From: the human T2T-CHM13v2.0 reference genome, Homo sapiens
Length of the DNA stretch: 64,000 nt
Reading direction: 5' to 3' (one strand)
NCBI RefSeq assembly: GCF_009914755.1
Contig: NC_060931.1
The position numbers and the translations under genes were made by a program. This document shows, piece after piece, positions 39,400-52,850 of the stretch (position 1 is its first letter; every line of letters begins with the position of its first letter). Below the pieces are notes generated by a model that saw only the letters and a program-made list of their open reading frames with translations, was not told where the DNA came from and did not search any database.

Positions 39400-40154
39400 A
39401 TCTTGTTCTTCTTTATGGCTGTGTAGTATGCCATGGTGTAGATGTACCATTTTTGCTTTATCCAGTCCACTGTTGATAGGCATTTAGGTTGATTCCTTGT
39501 CTTTGTTATAGTGAATAATGCTGCAATGAACATATGTGTACAAGTGTCTCCATGGTAGAAAAATGTATATTCCTTTGGGTGTATCTTTGGCGATAGAATG
39601 GCTGGGTCAAATGGTAGTTCTGTTTTAAGTACTTTGAGAAATCTCTAAACTGCTTTCCACAGTTGCAGAACTAATTTACATTGTGACCAGCAGTGTATAA
39701 GTGTTCCCTTTTCTCTGGAAGCTTGCCAGCATGTTATTTTTTGGCTTTTAACAATAGCCCTTCTGATTGGTGTGAGATGGGATCTCATCAAGGTTTTGAT
39801 TTGCATTGTTCTAATGATTAGTGATGTACAGTATTTTTTCATATGCTTGTTGGCCAAAAGTATGTCTTCTCAGAAGTGCCTGTTCATGTTCTTTGCCCAT
39901 TTTTAAATGAGGTTGTTTTTTTGCTTTTCAATTTGTTTAAATTCCTTACAGATTCTGGATATTACACCTTTGTCAGATGCATCATTTGCAAATGTTTTTT
40001 CCCATTCTTTAGATTGTTTACACTGCTGGTAGTTTTTTCTGCTGTGCAGAAGCTCTTTTCATTTTATTAGGTCCCCTTTGTCAATTTTTGTTTTAGTTTC
40101 AATTGCTTTTGGCATCTTCAACATGAAATCTTTGCCAGGGGCTATGTCCAGAAG

Positions 40155-42272
40155 TGCTTCATAAGCAAAGGTGAAACAAGATCTTTGCAGGCAAGCAAAT
40201 GCAAAGGGAATTCATTACCACCAGATTTGCCTTACAAGAGTTCCTTAAGGGAGTGCTAAATATGGAAATGAAAGACCATTACAAGCCACCACAAAAACAC
40301 TTCAGTACATAGACCATTGACACTATAAAGCAACTATACCATCAAGTGTTCATAACATGCAGCTCACAACATGATGACAGGATTGAACCCACACATATCA
40401 ATATTACCCTTGAACATAAACAGGCTAAATGCCCCCCTTAAAAGTAAGCATAGAGTGGCAAGTTGGATAAAGAAGCATGACCCAAGTCTCTGCTGTCTCT
40501 GTGAGAACTATCTCCCATGCAATGATATCCATAGGCTCAAAGAAAAGTGATAGAGAAAAATATACCTAGCAGATGGAAAACAAACAAACAAACAAAAAAT
40601 GCTGAGGTTGTTATTCTAATTTCAGACAAAACAGAGTTTAAACTAACAATCAACATACAAAAAAGGCATTACATAATGATAAACATTGTAATTCAATAAG
40701 AATACTTAACTATCCTAAATATACATGTTCTCAACAGTGGAGCACCCGGATTCATAAACAAGTTCTTACAGACCTACAAAGAGAATTAGATAACTACACA
40801 GTAATGGTGGGAGACTTCCACACCCCACTGATAATATTAGGCAGGTCGTCAAGGCAGAAACTAAAAATAAAATTGAGAACTGAACTTGACACTTGGACAA
40901 ATGGACCTAACAGACATCTACAGAATACTCCATCAAACAACAACAGAATACAGAAGCATTCTTCTCATTTTCACATGGCACATACTCTCAAATCAACCAT
41001 ATGATTGGCCATAAAACAACTCTGAAGAAGTTCAAAAAAAAATTATACCAACCACACTCTTAGACCATAGCATAAAAAATGGAAGTCAATACTAAGAAGT
41101 TCTCTCAAAACCATACAATTACATGGAAATTAAATAATTTTCTCCTGAATGATCTCAGGGTAAACAATGAAATTTAAGCAGAAATCCAGAAATTCCTTGA
41201 AACTAATGAAAACAAAGATACAACATACCAGAATCTCTGGGACATAGCTGAAGTAATGTTAAGAAGAAAGTTCACAGCATTAAGTGCCACCCCACACATC
41301 AAAACCTGGCAGAGATACAACAGAAAATGAAAACTTCAGGCCCATATTCCTTTGAAAGAATTAATAAAATTGAGAGACCACTAGCTAGACTAATAAAGAA
41401 AAAAGAGAAAATCTAAATAAACACGATCAGAAATGACAAAGGGGTCATCATCACCAATCCCACAGAAATACAATCATCCCTCAAAGACTATTAAAAACAC
41501 CTCTATGTACACAAACTAGGAAACCTAGAAGAAATGGATAAATTTCTGGAAAAAATACAACCTCACAAGATTGAACCAGGAAGAAATTTAATCCCCAGAC
41601 AGACCAATTATGATTTCTGAAATTGAATCAGTAATAAAAAGCCTACCAACCAGTAAAAGCCTTGGACCAAATGGATTCACAGCCAAATTCTACCAGATGC
41701 ATAAGAAAATCTGGTACTATTCCTATGGAAACTATTCCAAAAAATTGTGGAGGAGGGTCCTCCCTAACTCATTCTAGGAGGCCAGCATCATTCTGATACC
41801 AAAACCTGGCAGAGACATGACAAAAAGAGATAACTTTAGGCCAATACCCATGGTTAAAATAGATGGAAGAGTCCTCAACAAAATATTAGCAAACTGAGTC
41901 CAGCAGCACATTAAAAACCTAATTCCCTATGATCAAGTAAGCTTTATTCTTGGGATGCAAGGTTGATTCAACATACACAAATTAATAATCATAATTTATC
42001 ACGTAAACAGAACTAAAAAGAAAACCATTTTGTTTTCAAAATCATTTCAATAGATGCAGAAAAGGCTTTCAATGAAACTTAACATCACTTCATGTTAAAA
42101 ACCCTCAACAAACTAGGCATATCTCAAAATAAGAATTTTCTATGACAAACCCACATCCAACATCATCCCAAATGGATAGAAGCTGGAACCATTACCCTTG
42201 AGAATTGGAACAGATTGAAAATGCTTACTCTTACCACTCCCATTCCACCTAGTGCTCAATGTCTTAGCCAGA
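40155..42272 (+). mobile_element. L1PA-type ORF1 3' end plus ORF2 EN/RT segment (inverted relative to the adjacent 3' segment)
   Basis: GCTTCATAAGCAAAGGTGAAA (ORF1 end), ORF 40804-41004 VGDFHTPL (endonuclease), GGGATGCAAGGTTGATTCAACATA and TCAATAGATGCAGAAAAGGCTTT (RT). Confidence 0.92.
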
Positions 42273-43139
42273 TCAACCCAAATTCTGTTTTCTACAGGAC
42301 GAGTAGCTCTACCATCATTGAAGAGTGAATTATTAAGTAACACTGTTTTACATCTTCCTCACTCCTCTATCTATTTCTTAATCAGATCCAAGGCTTGGGT
42401 ACCAAAGAGAAGCTTTACTTAGTCCCATAGAACCCCAACAATAGTCATTATATAATTGTTGAAAATACATAATACTAGGGATTTATATTAGTATTACTTC
42501 TTCAAGGACCTGACATTTTTGAAGTTCCTTTCCATTTTTGCTCAGATCACTGTCCAATCTGCTCCTTAATTTTTCTAACAAATGATTTGATTTTTTTTCA
42601 GACTTATAAGTATGCATCTGTAGTTTGTTAGAAACTTTAATTTTTGTATACTAAAAATAATTTTAAAAATGTATGCAAACCTAACATGTTATCACAAAAA
42701 TTGCTAATCACCCCAACACACTGGAAAAGTTTCAACCTAGAAGAGAGAAAAGGTAAAGTCCAATCTTGCTCCTTCTCCCTCTTTGAACTCTGCATTAAGG
42801 AAAAACAAGGAGAACACAACCTTCTTTCCCTTCTCAGTTGATGGGACAGGTAGAACAATTAAAGTTTTAAAACCTGCTAGGATCTCAATAATTGAAAATG
42901 TTTCTGAAGTTATGGAGTCTGCACATGCTGAGAATAGGAGAACTGCTCCCAAGTGATGAAGTGGAACTTGATATAGACTATATTATTTGATGTGCCCTTG
43001 TGGTTTTCTTTAGACAAGACATACTATACAAATATGCTAGAATAAAAGTTGACTACTACTTTAATAGTTTGAACTTGTTATGGTACTAACATAAAATAGA
43101 ATTAAAATAGACAAAGGAAAAGTAACCTCTATACGTTAA

Positions 43140-43499
<360 letters not shown>

Positions 43500-44788
43500 G
43501 AGCACAGTCCTTTTAAAACTAGTTTGTATTAAAGGTTTGTGCCCACAATGATTTGTTTTTTATACTCATTTTATTTTATAAAAAGAGAAATGCATATTCA
43601 TAAGAAATTAGGAGGTAAAGCCTGGAAGTGAGATATTCAAATAACTCTTTTTCTTTGGAAACTCCCTCAGGCTATCATGATTGATTACTCCTAATTTCCT
43701 TTTGAAACAAAATGTCAGGCATAGATCCTTAACAGAACTTGAGCTTTAAGTGTTTTGCCGGATCAGTGACTAGAGTTGAAATAAAATCTTTAGAGTGGGT
43801 AATAGAAAAACATTTTAAAATCAGCCTGAATTTTTTCCAAACACTTTGGAAAAAATTATAATAAATATTATTTATTGAAACTTTTAACAACTTAAGCATA
43901 AATGTATATTGATGGTATGGACAGGTTTTGTGGCCGTTCATAGCACGAATAAAAAGGAAAGACAAATGAACAATGTTCATAATCTATAACTAATTATTTG
44001 CATTATCACAACATAAAGAGATGCTATAACACTAAATGATTATTGGAAAAATATTAATAGGTGGTTAAAAATAGTGAAATTTAGATTTCAATTATCTAAT
44101 CTATATTGAGAGTTGTTTTGTATAAAAATGACTGAAATCGCATATCTTTTACAAAATTAAGATGAAGTGAAAGTTTTGAATAGATTATCTCTCAACTAAG
44201 TAAATTTTTAAAACAACATTTTTTTAAAAAACTGCCTTAAGCAGTTAAAATTTCTTCCCTGTTTAAGAGTTATATTTTTGCCTTCACTAGATATTAACTC
44301 ATTAATCTTTTGTAGAGTGTAGTTTCTGAGACATTTGTTCTTGCTGGCTCCCAAAACTTGTCAAGTCACTTAACTGTTCTGTGTCTTCGCTCTGACCTCT
44401 ACCGCCCTCACAACCCATCTCCCATCCATGCCACTATACATATAAACTAAAAGTTGAGCTGCCTTCTACCTTTAATGTATTGACATTAGTGGTATTTTGA
44501 AAAAGTTAGTGTCTTCATATCGGATTCCAAAAATCTTTAAATGCATGCTTTCCAAAAATTTCAATGGTAGGCATTTTGTCTGTATTGACAGCAAGAAATC
44601 ATCATCATCATTATTATCATCATCCTTATAATTTATTGAGCTCGTATTATATAAAAACCACTTAAAACCCCATTATATATTGTTGAATTTAATCCTGATA
44701 ACATTCCATATGGGAGAGTATCCCATAATACTCTCATCACAAGATAATTTAATTGCATCTGAAAAGTTGTTTTGAATTTAAGATACCA

Positions 44789-45143
44789 TGTATTACTGTG
44801 GTCTCATGTTGCTAATGAAGACATACCCAAGACTGGGTAATTTGTAAAGGAAAAAGGTTTAATTGGCTCACTGTTTCACATAGCTGAGGAGGCCTCATAA
44901 TCATGGCGGAAGGCAAAGGGGAAGCAAGACATGTCTTACATGGTGGCAGGCAAGAGAGCTTGTGCAGGGGAACTCCCATTTAAAAAACCATCAGCTTTCA
45001 TGAGACTTATTCACTACCACAAGAACAGTGTGGGGCAAATCACCCACATAATTCAATTATCTCTATCTGGCCATGTCTTCGACATGTAGGGATTATGACC
45101 ATTCAAGGTGAGATTTGGGTGGGGACACAGCCAAACCATATCA
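44789..45143 (-). mobile_element. THE1 (C-like) MaLR solo LTR
   Basis: GACATACCCAAGACTGGGTAATTT...GAGATTTGGGTGGGGACACAGCCAAACCATATCA; perfect 5-bp TSD TACCA at 44784-44788 and 45144-45148. Confidence 0.95.
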
Positions 45144-45148
45144 TACCA

Positions 45149-45211
45149 TATTCACAGATGCAGGGAATTAGGATATAGACATCTTTGGGGGACCATAATT
45201 AAGCCCTCACA
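45149..45211 (-). mobile_element. MLT1-type LTR terminal fragment
   Basis: TATTCACAG...ATTAGGATATAGACATCTTTGGGGGACCAT...CACA. Confidence 0.6.
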
Positions 45212-46286
45212 ATAACATGGTATAAATGACCCTTCAAAACGTTGCTTTTCTTTCTTATCATGTATAATGTTGATGGATATTGTTGTCTAAATCCCTATCT
45301 GCATACCAGAGGACAAGATAATGACATAAATAAATACATGTACACCATGTTTACAAAAGTAATAAAATAATAGGCTTACTATAGAAAATAAGACTCATAA
45401 TGCACTTTTTCTTTCTCCTTGTTATCTAATCTGAAAAACAAATATAATTAAAATATTTATAAAATTCCATAGATTTAATTTTTAAATTGAGAATGTACTT
45501 TAATATCATCTATGCCAAATGCTATAGTATGCTTTCTCTTTCATTTGAAGATTTATCAACATAACTTCTCAGAAGTATTTTTCTCGAGATATGTTATTTA
45601 CTATATATTATTCTGATGCATATTAATATACATTTAACATTCAGTTTTTTTTTAATTTGGAGAAGAAGGACAGAATACAATGTAACAATATGAAGATAAA
45701 TCAATGATATTAATAAAATTAAGGATATTGAAATCCTATGAAAATAATAAAATATACTTCATATGTATCTGACATGACCAGTAAAAATCATACAAATTAG
45801 TTTCCCTCTTGAATTTAATCAGAAAAGATCAAGATACTATTTCCTCTGGTAATTTAGACTGCATGTGAATAACATGTTGTTTTGTGACAACAAGCTTTGT
45901 CACTGTTTCAGAGAGAATATTGTTGTCTTATGTTTAGTTAAAACCACTGAATTGTTGGGAATATAAATAAAATAAGCTACTTTTTAAAAATGTAAAAATT
46001 CCAAGACTTTACTTGAGAAAAGGAAACCAGTTTTCAAAGCTTTCAAAACAGTGTTTTCTACTAGCACTAAAACTTAAATACCCTACATTGTAATGTTAGA
46101 ATGATGTAAAAAGAATACATTAATCTTTTCATAGCTTTAGTATATGACATTTCTCTTATATGTTGTCTTAGTGAGACTAGGTTCTCTATTACTATTACAT
46201 TTAAGAATAGATTTTCTTTGGAGATAAATTTATTCTCTCAACAAGTCTACAACTAGAAATCTGCAGCACATTTTAAAATGTTATTT

Positions 46287-46347
46287 CCTTCCACCTTGGT
46301 CTCCCATATTGCTGGGATTTTACAGGTGTGAGCCACCATGCCTGACT
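46287..46347 (-). mobile_element. Alu 5'-end-only fragment
   Basis: CCACCTTGGTCTCCCA..TGCTGGGATTTTACAGGTGTGAGCCACCATGCCTGAC. Confidence 0.8.
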
Positions 46348-47042
46348 GCCAATTGTTATTTTATGTTTGTAACATTAGATTCTCAGGTGACCATGGTCCC
46401 AAGTATAAAGGTCAGGTTTAGTCTTATCTGCCACAAGCATTATTTTAACATTACACAATGAGATTGATCCAAAAGGAAGTAAAAATCATTCTCTAATGAC
46501 AGAAACATCAACATGTATTTTCTCTTAATTCTCACCACCTAGTGAGATTTCATTAGCATTTCCATTTTATACATTAGGAAAACAAGATTCGTTGTTTCAG
46601 TCTGCAGTACTATTAAATGACAGAGTTGGTATTTAAATTCTCATCCTCTTGGTTGAAACTCCATATTTTCATTACTCCATGATGCCACAAACAAAAATAG
46701 TTCAAGGCTTGAATCCTGCCCAAGAGAGATACAGACAAAAATGACAAAAAAAAAGTCTAACAAGGTGAGATTTTGTCATGTGGTGAAATGATAGTGGATA
46801 AGTAATCAGAATTCTGGGAGTTTAAAAAGAGACTTCAGTGTTGAATAGATATGAGTGAAGGGGATGTTCTAATGACATCGCTGGGTCTTGAGAGATATGT
46901 TCTAACAGTGAAACAGGAGTTAAGTAGTCATGGAGGATGTCGGGAAGCATTATGGAAAAGGGAGTAGCAGAAACCAAAATAGCATGTGGACCTGGGATGT
47001 TGTTTGCAGGTTAAGGGAAGCACCAATCTATCCAGAGTTCCT

Positions 47043-47525
47043 TGTAGGTTCTGGAACTCTAGAATGAAAAATGGGCTCAGGTGTGGCCAGTTCGAGACTG
47101 AATACACAGACATTGGGCTGACCATATACTAAATTAGACTTCTAACCTGTAGCAAATAGCCTGGGAAGCCAAACCACAGTCTTCACAGCAATCAACCCTA
47201 AATGGCTGGGACTTTATCACTAATGGCCAGCTTCCCTACTTTCTTCTTCTGCTTCCAACTTAGGATCAACCAGAGAAAGCCAACTATGCTCTTCAAACCA
47301 ATTATATACCATGCCCCACTTCTAGCCTGCCTCCAGCTTCCTGGCGCCAAAACTTCCAGTCAGGGCATATCTGAAGTTTTCCTTTTTTCTCCACTGTAAA
47401 GTTTTCTATTCCTCTATGTCTGACTTTGAACCTCTATCAAATGCCAGTTATAGTGGCTAACTCCCTTGGTATAGGAATCTCTGAATACAATACATAGCTG
47501 TTGCCTGTTCTTATTTGGATGTAAG
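47043..47525 (+). mobile_element. MER31-like ERV1 solo LTR
   Basis: CAACCAGAGAAAGCCAA...ATGCCCCACTTCTAG...CAGGGCATATCTGAAG...GGCTAACTCCCTTG. Confidence 0.7.
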
Positions 47526-47949
47526 GTTAGGCATGAGATGAGAGTCCAAGAATATGGTAGAGAAATGGAAATCATAAAGAAAAGTGACGGAAGATTTAAT
47601 CCTCAACAATTTGCGTTTTTTCTCTCTACAAATATTTACTGTGCCACCACTTGGCCATTTACTTAGAATCTTCTGGATAACTTTTGATTCTATGAATAAT
47701 AGATTTTTCATAATAATGAATATCACCACCATACTCATGTACACTTTCTCAAACTTTTATTCCTGTTACATAGTTGATTAGTGGAGGAGACAGTTATTGG
47801 TCCTTCTTTCTTAATTAGATGCATGAACGCTATATGATATCCAGAGGACCAGGGATTTCTCTCTCTCTTTTCCTTTCTTCTCTAGTGAAGCCAGTTAAAG
47901 GCAGCAACTTTGGAAAGCACATTATTTCTACAGACTGCTGGAGAAATAT

Positions 47950-48680
47950 AATTTAAAACAACATTCCCTCCCAACCCAGAAAACCTCTCCACAAAGACAG
48001 AAGAGGAAGAAAACAATTTTATTATTAAATAAGCATTAAACCAGAATATGACGCACACCACAAGCATTTGACTAAGATTGCAAAGACAGAAACATTTTTT
48101 GTAGCCAAGTAGATAGAACTCATTACAAACATGTTCTCAAAATAAACAATAGCTATTCCTCAAGTAAGAGAACTTGACAGCATCATTTGTCACACAGAGT
48201 TTACCCTAAATTCACTTGGTAATTGGGGTGACCATCTGTGTTAGCCAATTGGCTTTTTGGAAGGGAAAAATAAAATTTTCATATATTTGTGAGGAGGTAG
48301 TTTTGCAACTTGGCATGAAGAACCCATTCTAAGTTGTTAGGCTCCTGGGCTTACGCTTCTACTTGTTAAGTTAGGCTCCCAAGTTAGACTCCTACCGTTC
48401 TGCAGAAACTGGAAGATAGAGGTACTAACTCCCTTGATGATTACATTTTAAAAAGTGGTTTGTGGGTCATTGAGAAAAATATACACTGGTTATACAGCTT
48501 GCAGGAGGTTTATTTAGCTTTTACAAATATTTACTTATAGTTTAAAGATACAGAGAAAACTTACAATAACAAGTTCTAAAGCAAATGCTCTAAGAAACAA
48601 GAGAAGAGAAATTTCTTTCTTTATTTTCAACTGGGAGTAGTAAATCACTTTTTGAAAATTTAAAATTTGCATTTTCACTT
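47950..48680 (-). mobile_element. ERV1 LTR (MER67-like), antisense
   Basis: AAACCTCTCCACAAAG...TTTTATTATTAAATAAGCATTAAACCAGAAT...ATTGCAAAGACAGAAA; family name tentative. Confidence 0.55.
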
Positions 48681-48697
48681 ATAAAGACCTGAAACTT

Positions 48698-49010
48698 GGC
48701 CAGGCGCGGTGGCTCATGCCTGTAATCCCAGAACTTCGGGAGGCTGAGGCGGGCAGATCACAAGGTCAGGAATTTGAGACCAGCCTGACCAACATGGTGA
48801 AACCCTGTCTCTACTGAAAATACAAAAATTAGCCAGGCGTGGTGGCACGTGCCTGTAATCCCAGCTACTCAGGAGGCTGAGGCAGGAGAATCGCTTGCTC
48901 GGGAGGTGGAGGTTGTAGTGAGCCAAGATTGCACCATTGCACTCCAGCCTGGGTGACAGAGCGAGACTCTGTCTCAAAAGAAAAACAAAACAAAACAAAA
49001 CAAAACAAAA
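48698..49010 (+). mobile_element. AluS (Sg-like) with (AAAAC)n tail
   Basis: GGCCAGGCGCGGTGGCTCA start; tail microsatellite 48981-49010. Confidence 0.96.
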
Positions 49011-50289
49011 CACGAAGCTTTTTCATGTATAGCTGTTCCAAGCATCACGTTAGGAATCCCATTTTGTCTTTCCACCTATGCTACATTTTTCTACTTAGTC
49101 TTCAAAAATAATGAAGTTGACATTTGGCTGTTCCATCTGCTGTCTTTGTGCCTTTGTTTCTCAGACATGCATGGGGGAAAAGGTAATACTGAAAGATTCC
49201 TCAAACCCCAAAACATTTCGTATGTGGGTTTTCCCCCTATTAATGCAAAGAGGTAGCTTCAGGATCAGCATAATTAGGATTGGGAAGAGGTCAGTCACAC
49301 TTTGTGGAATTCTTTTCCTTACATGGCTGAGTTCCAAATGTGTTTTTGTCTTATTTCCCTCTTGTGGTATATTTAAATCAATCGAGTGTGGTTCTTTCCT
49401 ATTTATTTTATTTCTGTCAGTAAACTACGTTCCCCTTTATCTTATAGAACAAGATACTCACCATAACCTTTAACAAACTTTTAAATACTTATTCTTCTCT
49501 AATTTGTATTAAAAATTCCAAAATGCAATTGCAAACATACTGTATTTAAAAAGTAGGAATGGAGTGAGATGCCAAAGCTGGAGACATAGAATTGAATGCC
49601 ATGAGATCATAACCTAAATGATGAGAGAAGATCATTTCACCACTTGAAAGAGGACATGAAATAGGATCAGAGGGGAAACTCTCAAACCTCAGGGAAATTA
49701 AAGTAGAAGAAAAATTAGGAAAGAGGTATGAGCAATGCTAATGCTGGGACAAAATTAGGAGGTTGCAGTGTTCCTGAGTTCAATAAATGATAGAATTTCA
49801 AGAACATAGGGCCATATATACTGCCATATTCCACAGACTGGGCAAGTAGAAACCTGAGTAATAACTCATTATTAGACAAGGAAGAAGTCATTAGGTTAAT
49901 GTGAGATTTTAATTTTTGTTGAGAAAAGTCAGAGAAAAGGAAATTTAGAGAGAAAATCTGGTACAATTGTGTGATAAAACTTGATAGATTAATTCTGGGG
50001 TAAAAAGGAGCAGAAAAATTATGCTTAGGCGGTACGTTAGATATAAGAGTTATCACCAGTGTCAAGATCTGTGTTGAGTTAGTTGTGAACCTTAAAATTT
50101 GGGACAAATTAAGGATCACAAAACGTGATCAAGATTGTCCAATATTGAGAAATTTTATTAATTTCATAGAGCTACCTGGATTGAATAGGAGGCAGAGCAA
50201 GGAATGCCACTAAAGTCTTCAAGATGGGAATTTGAACAAGAATTGAAATGCTTGAAGTGTTGATTTTCTCATGTTTGAAAGTGACCCAT

Positions 50290-52850
50290 CTTTCCTTTTA
50301 TTCAGGTCATTCTTAATGACGTTCAATAAAGTTATAATTTTGCCTATAGAAAGAAATACTTTTCCTTTGGTTTTAAAAAGCCTTCCTAGTAAGATACAAT
50401 TTATATATTTAAATGTACACACATAGTAGGTGTGTAGCTTGATGAATTTTTGTAGTTGCTTATAGTAATCTAGCAGTGGCTTTAAATTATGTATTTAAAA
50501 TTGTTGTTTTCTGTTATTTCGTATACAGAAGTGCATTTAACTTTTGGAGTCTCTGATAGCCCCAAATTTTGCATAATCTCTTATTCTAATGTATCATCTT
50601 TAGTTCTGTATCATGATAGCTTTGTTTTGGTATTAGCATGCTTTATTATTTTCATTTCTTTTTTCTTTTTTATTGTACTTACAATGCTCTTCAGTATAAT
50701 GTTACATAGAATTGGCGATAGTAATGTTTGCTCTTATATTTCCTTCTGTCTCCTGCTTAGGAATTTAACTTGATTATCCTTTTTCAGTTTCTTGTAATAA
50801 GTAATTGATTTTCAACATTTCAAATTGTATAATTTATGCATTGAGAGCTAAATATTTTTCTCTGAACTTTAGTTGTGCTGTAAGCTTTATCTTCTTATTC
50901 TCCTGAAGACAATATTTCTCTTTTTCCTCATTCCACTCTTAGAATTTTTAACTTTGACTTTACAGTAGTTTTTCTTAATGTGTCTAGGTGTTTTCTTTTC
51001 CTTTCTCTTGCTTAGATATTACGGAGTTTCTTGAGTTTGTGCCACAGTGTCCTTTGTTATTATTGGAGAAGTCTCAGACATTATCTATTCAAATATTGCT
51101 GTAGCCCAATTCTTTCTCTCCTCTCCTTCTGGATTTCTACTCTCACGCATGTTACACATCTCCATTGCATCTCATAGGCACCTCATGCACTTAAAAATAA
51201 ATTGTCTGACTTTTGTTTCCTGTTTCAATTTCAGTATTTGCTACTGATATATCTTTTGTTCTCTAATCTCATGTTCTTCTTAATAACACATAAATTGTTA
51301 ATTAGATGTATACATTTTTCAGTTCTAGAATTTATTTTTGACTCTATTTAGTATTTTCTTAATCTCTGAGAAAATTCTCTGTGTTTCCTACTAAAAGTTT
51401 TGGGACATTTTCACCAATTATATATCCAAATTATATTTCAACCCACCCTTTTTCTCCTTTTCTGAGAAGACTGTAATGACACATATATTAGGTCTTTTGT
51501 GACAGTCCCTCTCCCACAGGCCCCTGAAGTTCTGTACAATTTTTGATTCTATTTTCTCTCTGTTGTTCCAATTGGATACTTTTTATTGTTCTGTCTTCAA
51601 GTTCATTTATTCTTTTTTCTGCCTTCTCTGATGTTCAGGCTGCTATTGAAGTTTTTTAAACAATTTTTTTAGTTGTTTGCATTTTAAGTTCTAAAATATT
51701 CATTTGATTCTTCTTTACATGCTCAATTTATTTTCTGTGACTTTCTATTTCATCATTTATTTTAAGCATGTTAATATTTGCTCATTAAAAATTTTTATGA
51801 TGGCTGCATTAAAATCCTTGTCAGATAATTCCTATAGCTGCACCATCTTGGTTTTGTCATCTATTGATTATCTTTTGTTATTCAAGTTGAGATTTTTGTT
51901 GCTGTTGTCGTGATGAAGGATCTTTTATTGTATTCCGGGCATTTTGCACATCATGTTGGAAGACTCTGAATACTATTTAAGTTTCATGTTTTAGCAGGCC
52001 TGTGCAAACATTACACCAGTGGAAGAAGGTGGAGTGCTGCCTTGTTATTAAAGATGGAGGCTATAGTCTTGGTTTTTCACTTGACCTTTTTGACATGCAA
52101 GAGGTGGGTATGGGTACCTTGCTACTTCTGAGCAGAGATGCCAACTTGCTGGCTGGAGGAGATGCCCCTTGCTCTTGCTCCCCATATAGCTTCTCCTGGC
52201 AAGATGGTGGTGGGGTATGGCTTGTTACCATTGGATGGTGGCGAGGTTTCCAGGTTTCCATTTGGCCTCCTCTGACAGTAGCAAGGAGGGGTAGGGGTGT
52301 CTCATTACTGCTGCGGGAGGGGGATGAAAGCCTGGGATCTCTACATGGCCTCCACCAACACTCTAGAGCACAGGCAGGGTTGGTTATTGACAGACAAGGA
52401 TGAAACGCCCAGCTCTTCACTCAGTCTTCTTTTACATGAGACCAGTTGAATTTCTTACAGGATTGGCAGTTGGGCTGCAGAATTTTCCATGGTGTTTTCT
52501 GTGATAAGGTAGTTATTTTCTGAAAACAAAATTTTTTTGGTCTTATTACATTGCTCCTGTCATTGTCCTTTAGTTAAAAACACAAGACTTTTCTAGGAAC
52601 CTATTTTTGTGTGCTCCATTGGCATTTGGGGTTGATGGCTTTGCTAGCATCCAGTCTGGGATATGTGAGGCAAAAGGGAAACCCAACACACTTACAGGTA
52701 TGCTCTTTCTCAGGTGCTGAAGTCCCTAGTCAGTCTGCCTTTTTCTCTCCACTATTCAGAGGCTTTATACTTATGACTTATAGATATTGTCTGGAATTTT
52801 TAGCTGAACTCAGCAGGAATTGGGGAATGTGTCTACTTCATCTAGGCCTG
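50290..52850 (-). mobile_element. Old L1M (ME/MD/MC) ORF1/5'UTR and ORF2 fragments
   Basis: T-rich antisense L1M patterns (TCTCAGACATTATCTATTCAAATATT, TCTGTCTTCAAGTTCATT, CCCTAGTCAGTCTGCCTT). Confidence 0.6.

Larger units (their letters stand above)
31653..40153 (-). mobile_element. L1PA13-15-type 3' segment (31653-31999 and 39404-40153), split by the provirus
   Basis: Antisense L1 reads seamlessly across the insertion (GCAAAGAGCGTGATCT|TGTTCTTCTTTATGGCTG); ORF pieces TLFAVTWMDLEAIILSKLTQEQKTKY and [15 protein letters not shown] are ORF2p C-terminal. Confidence 0.92.
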
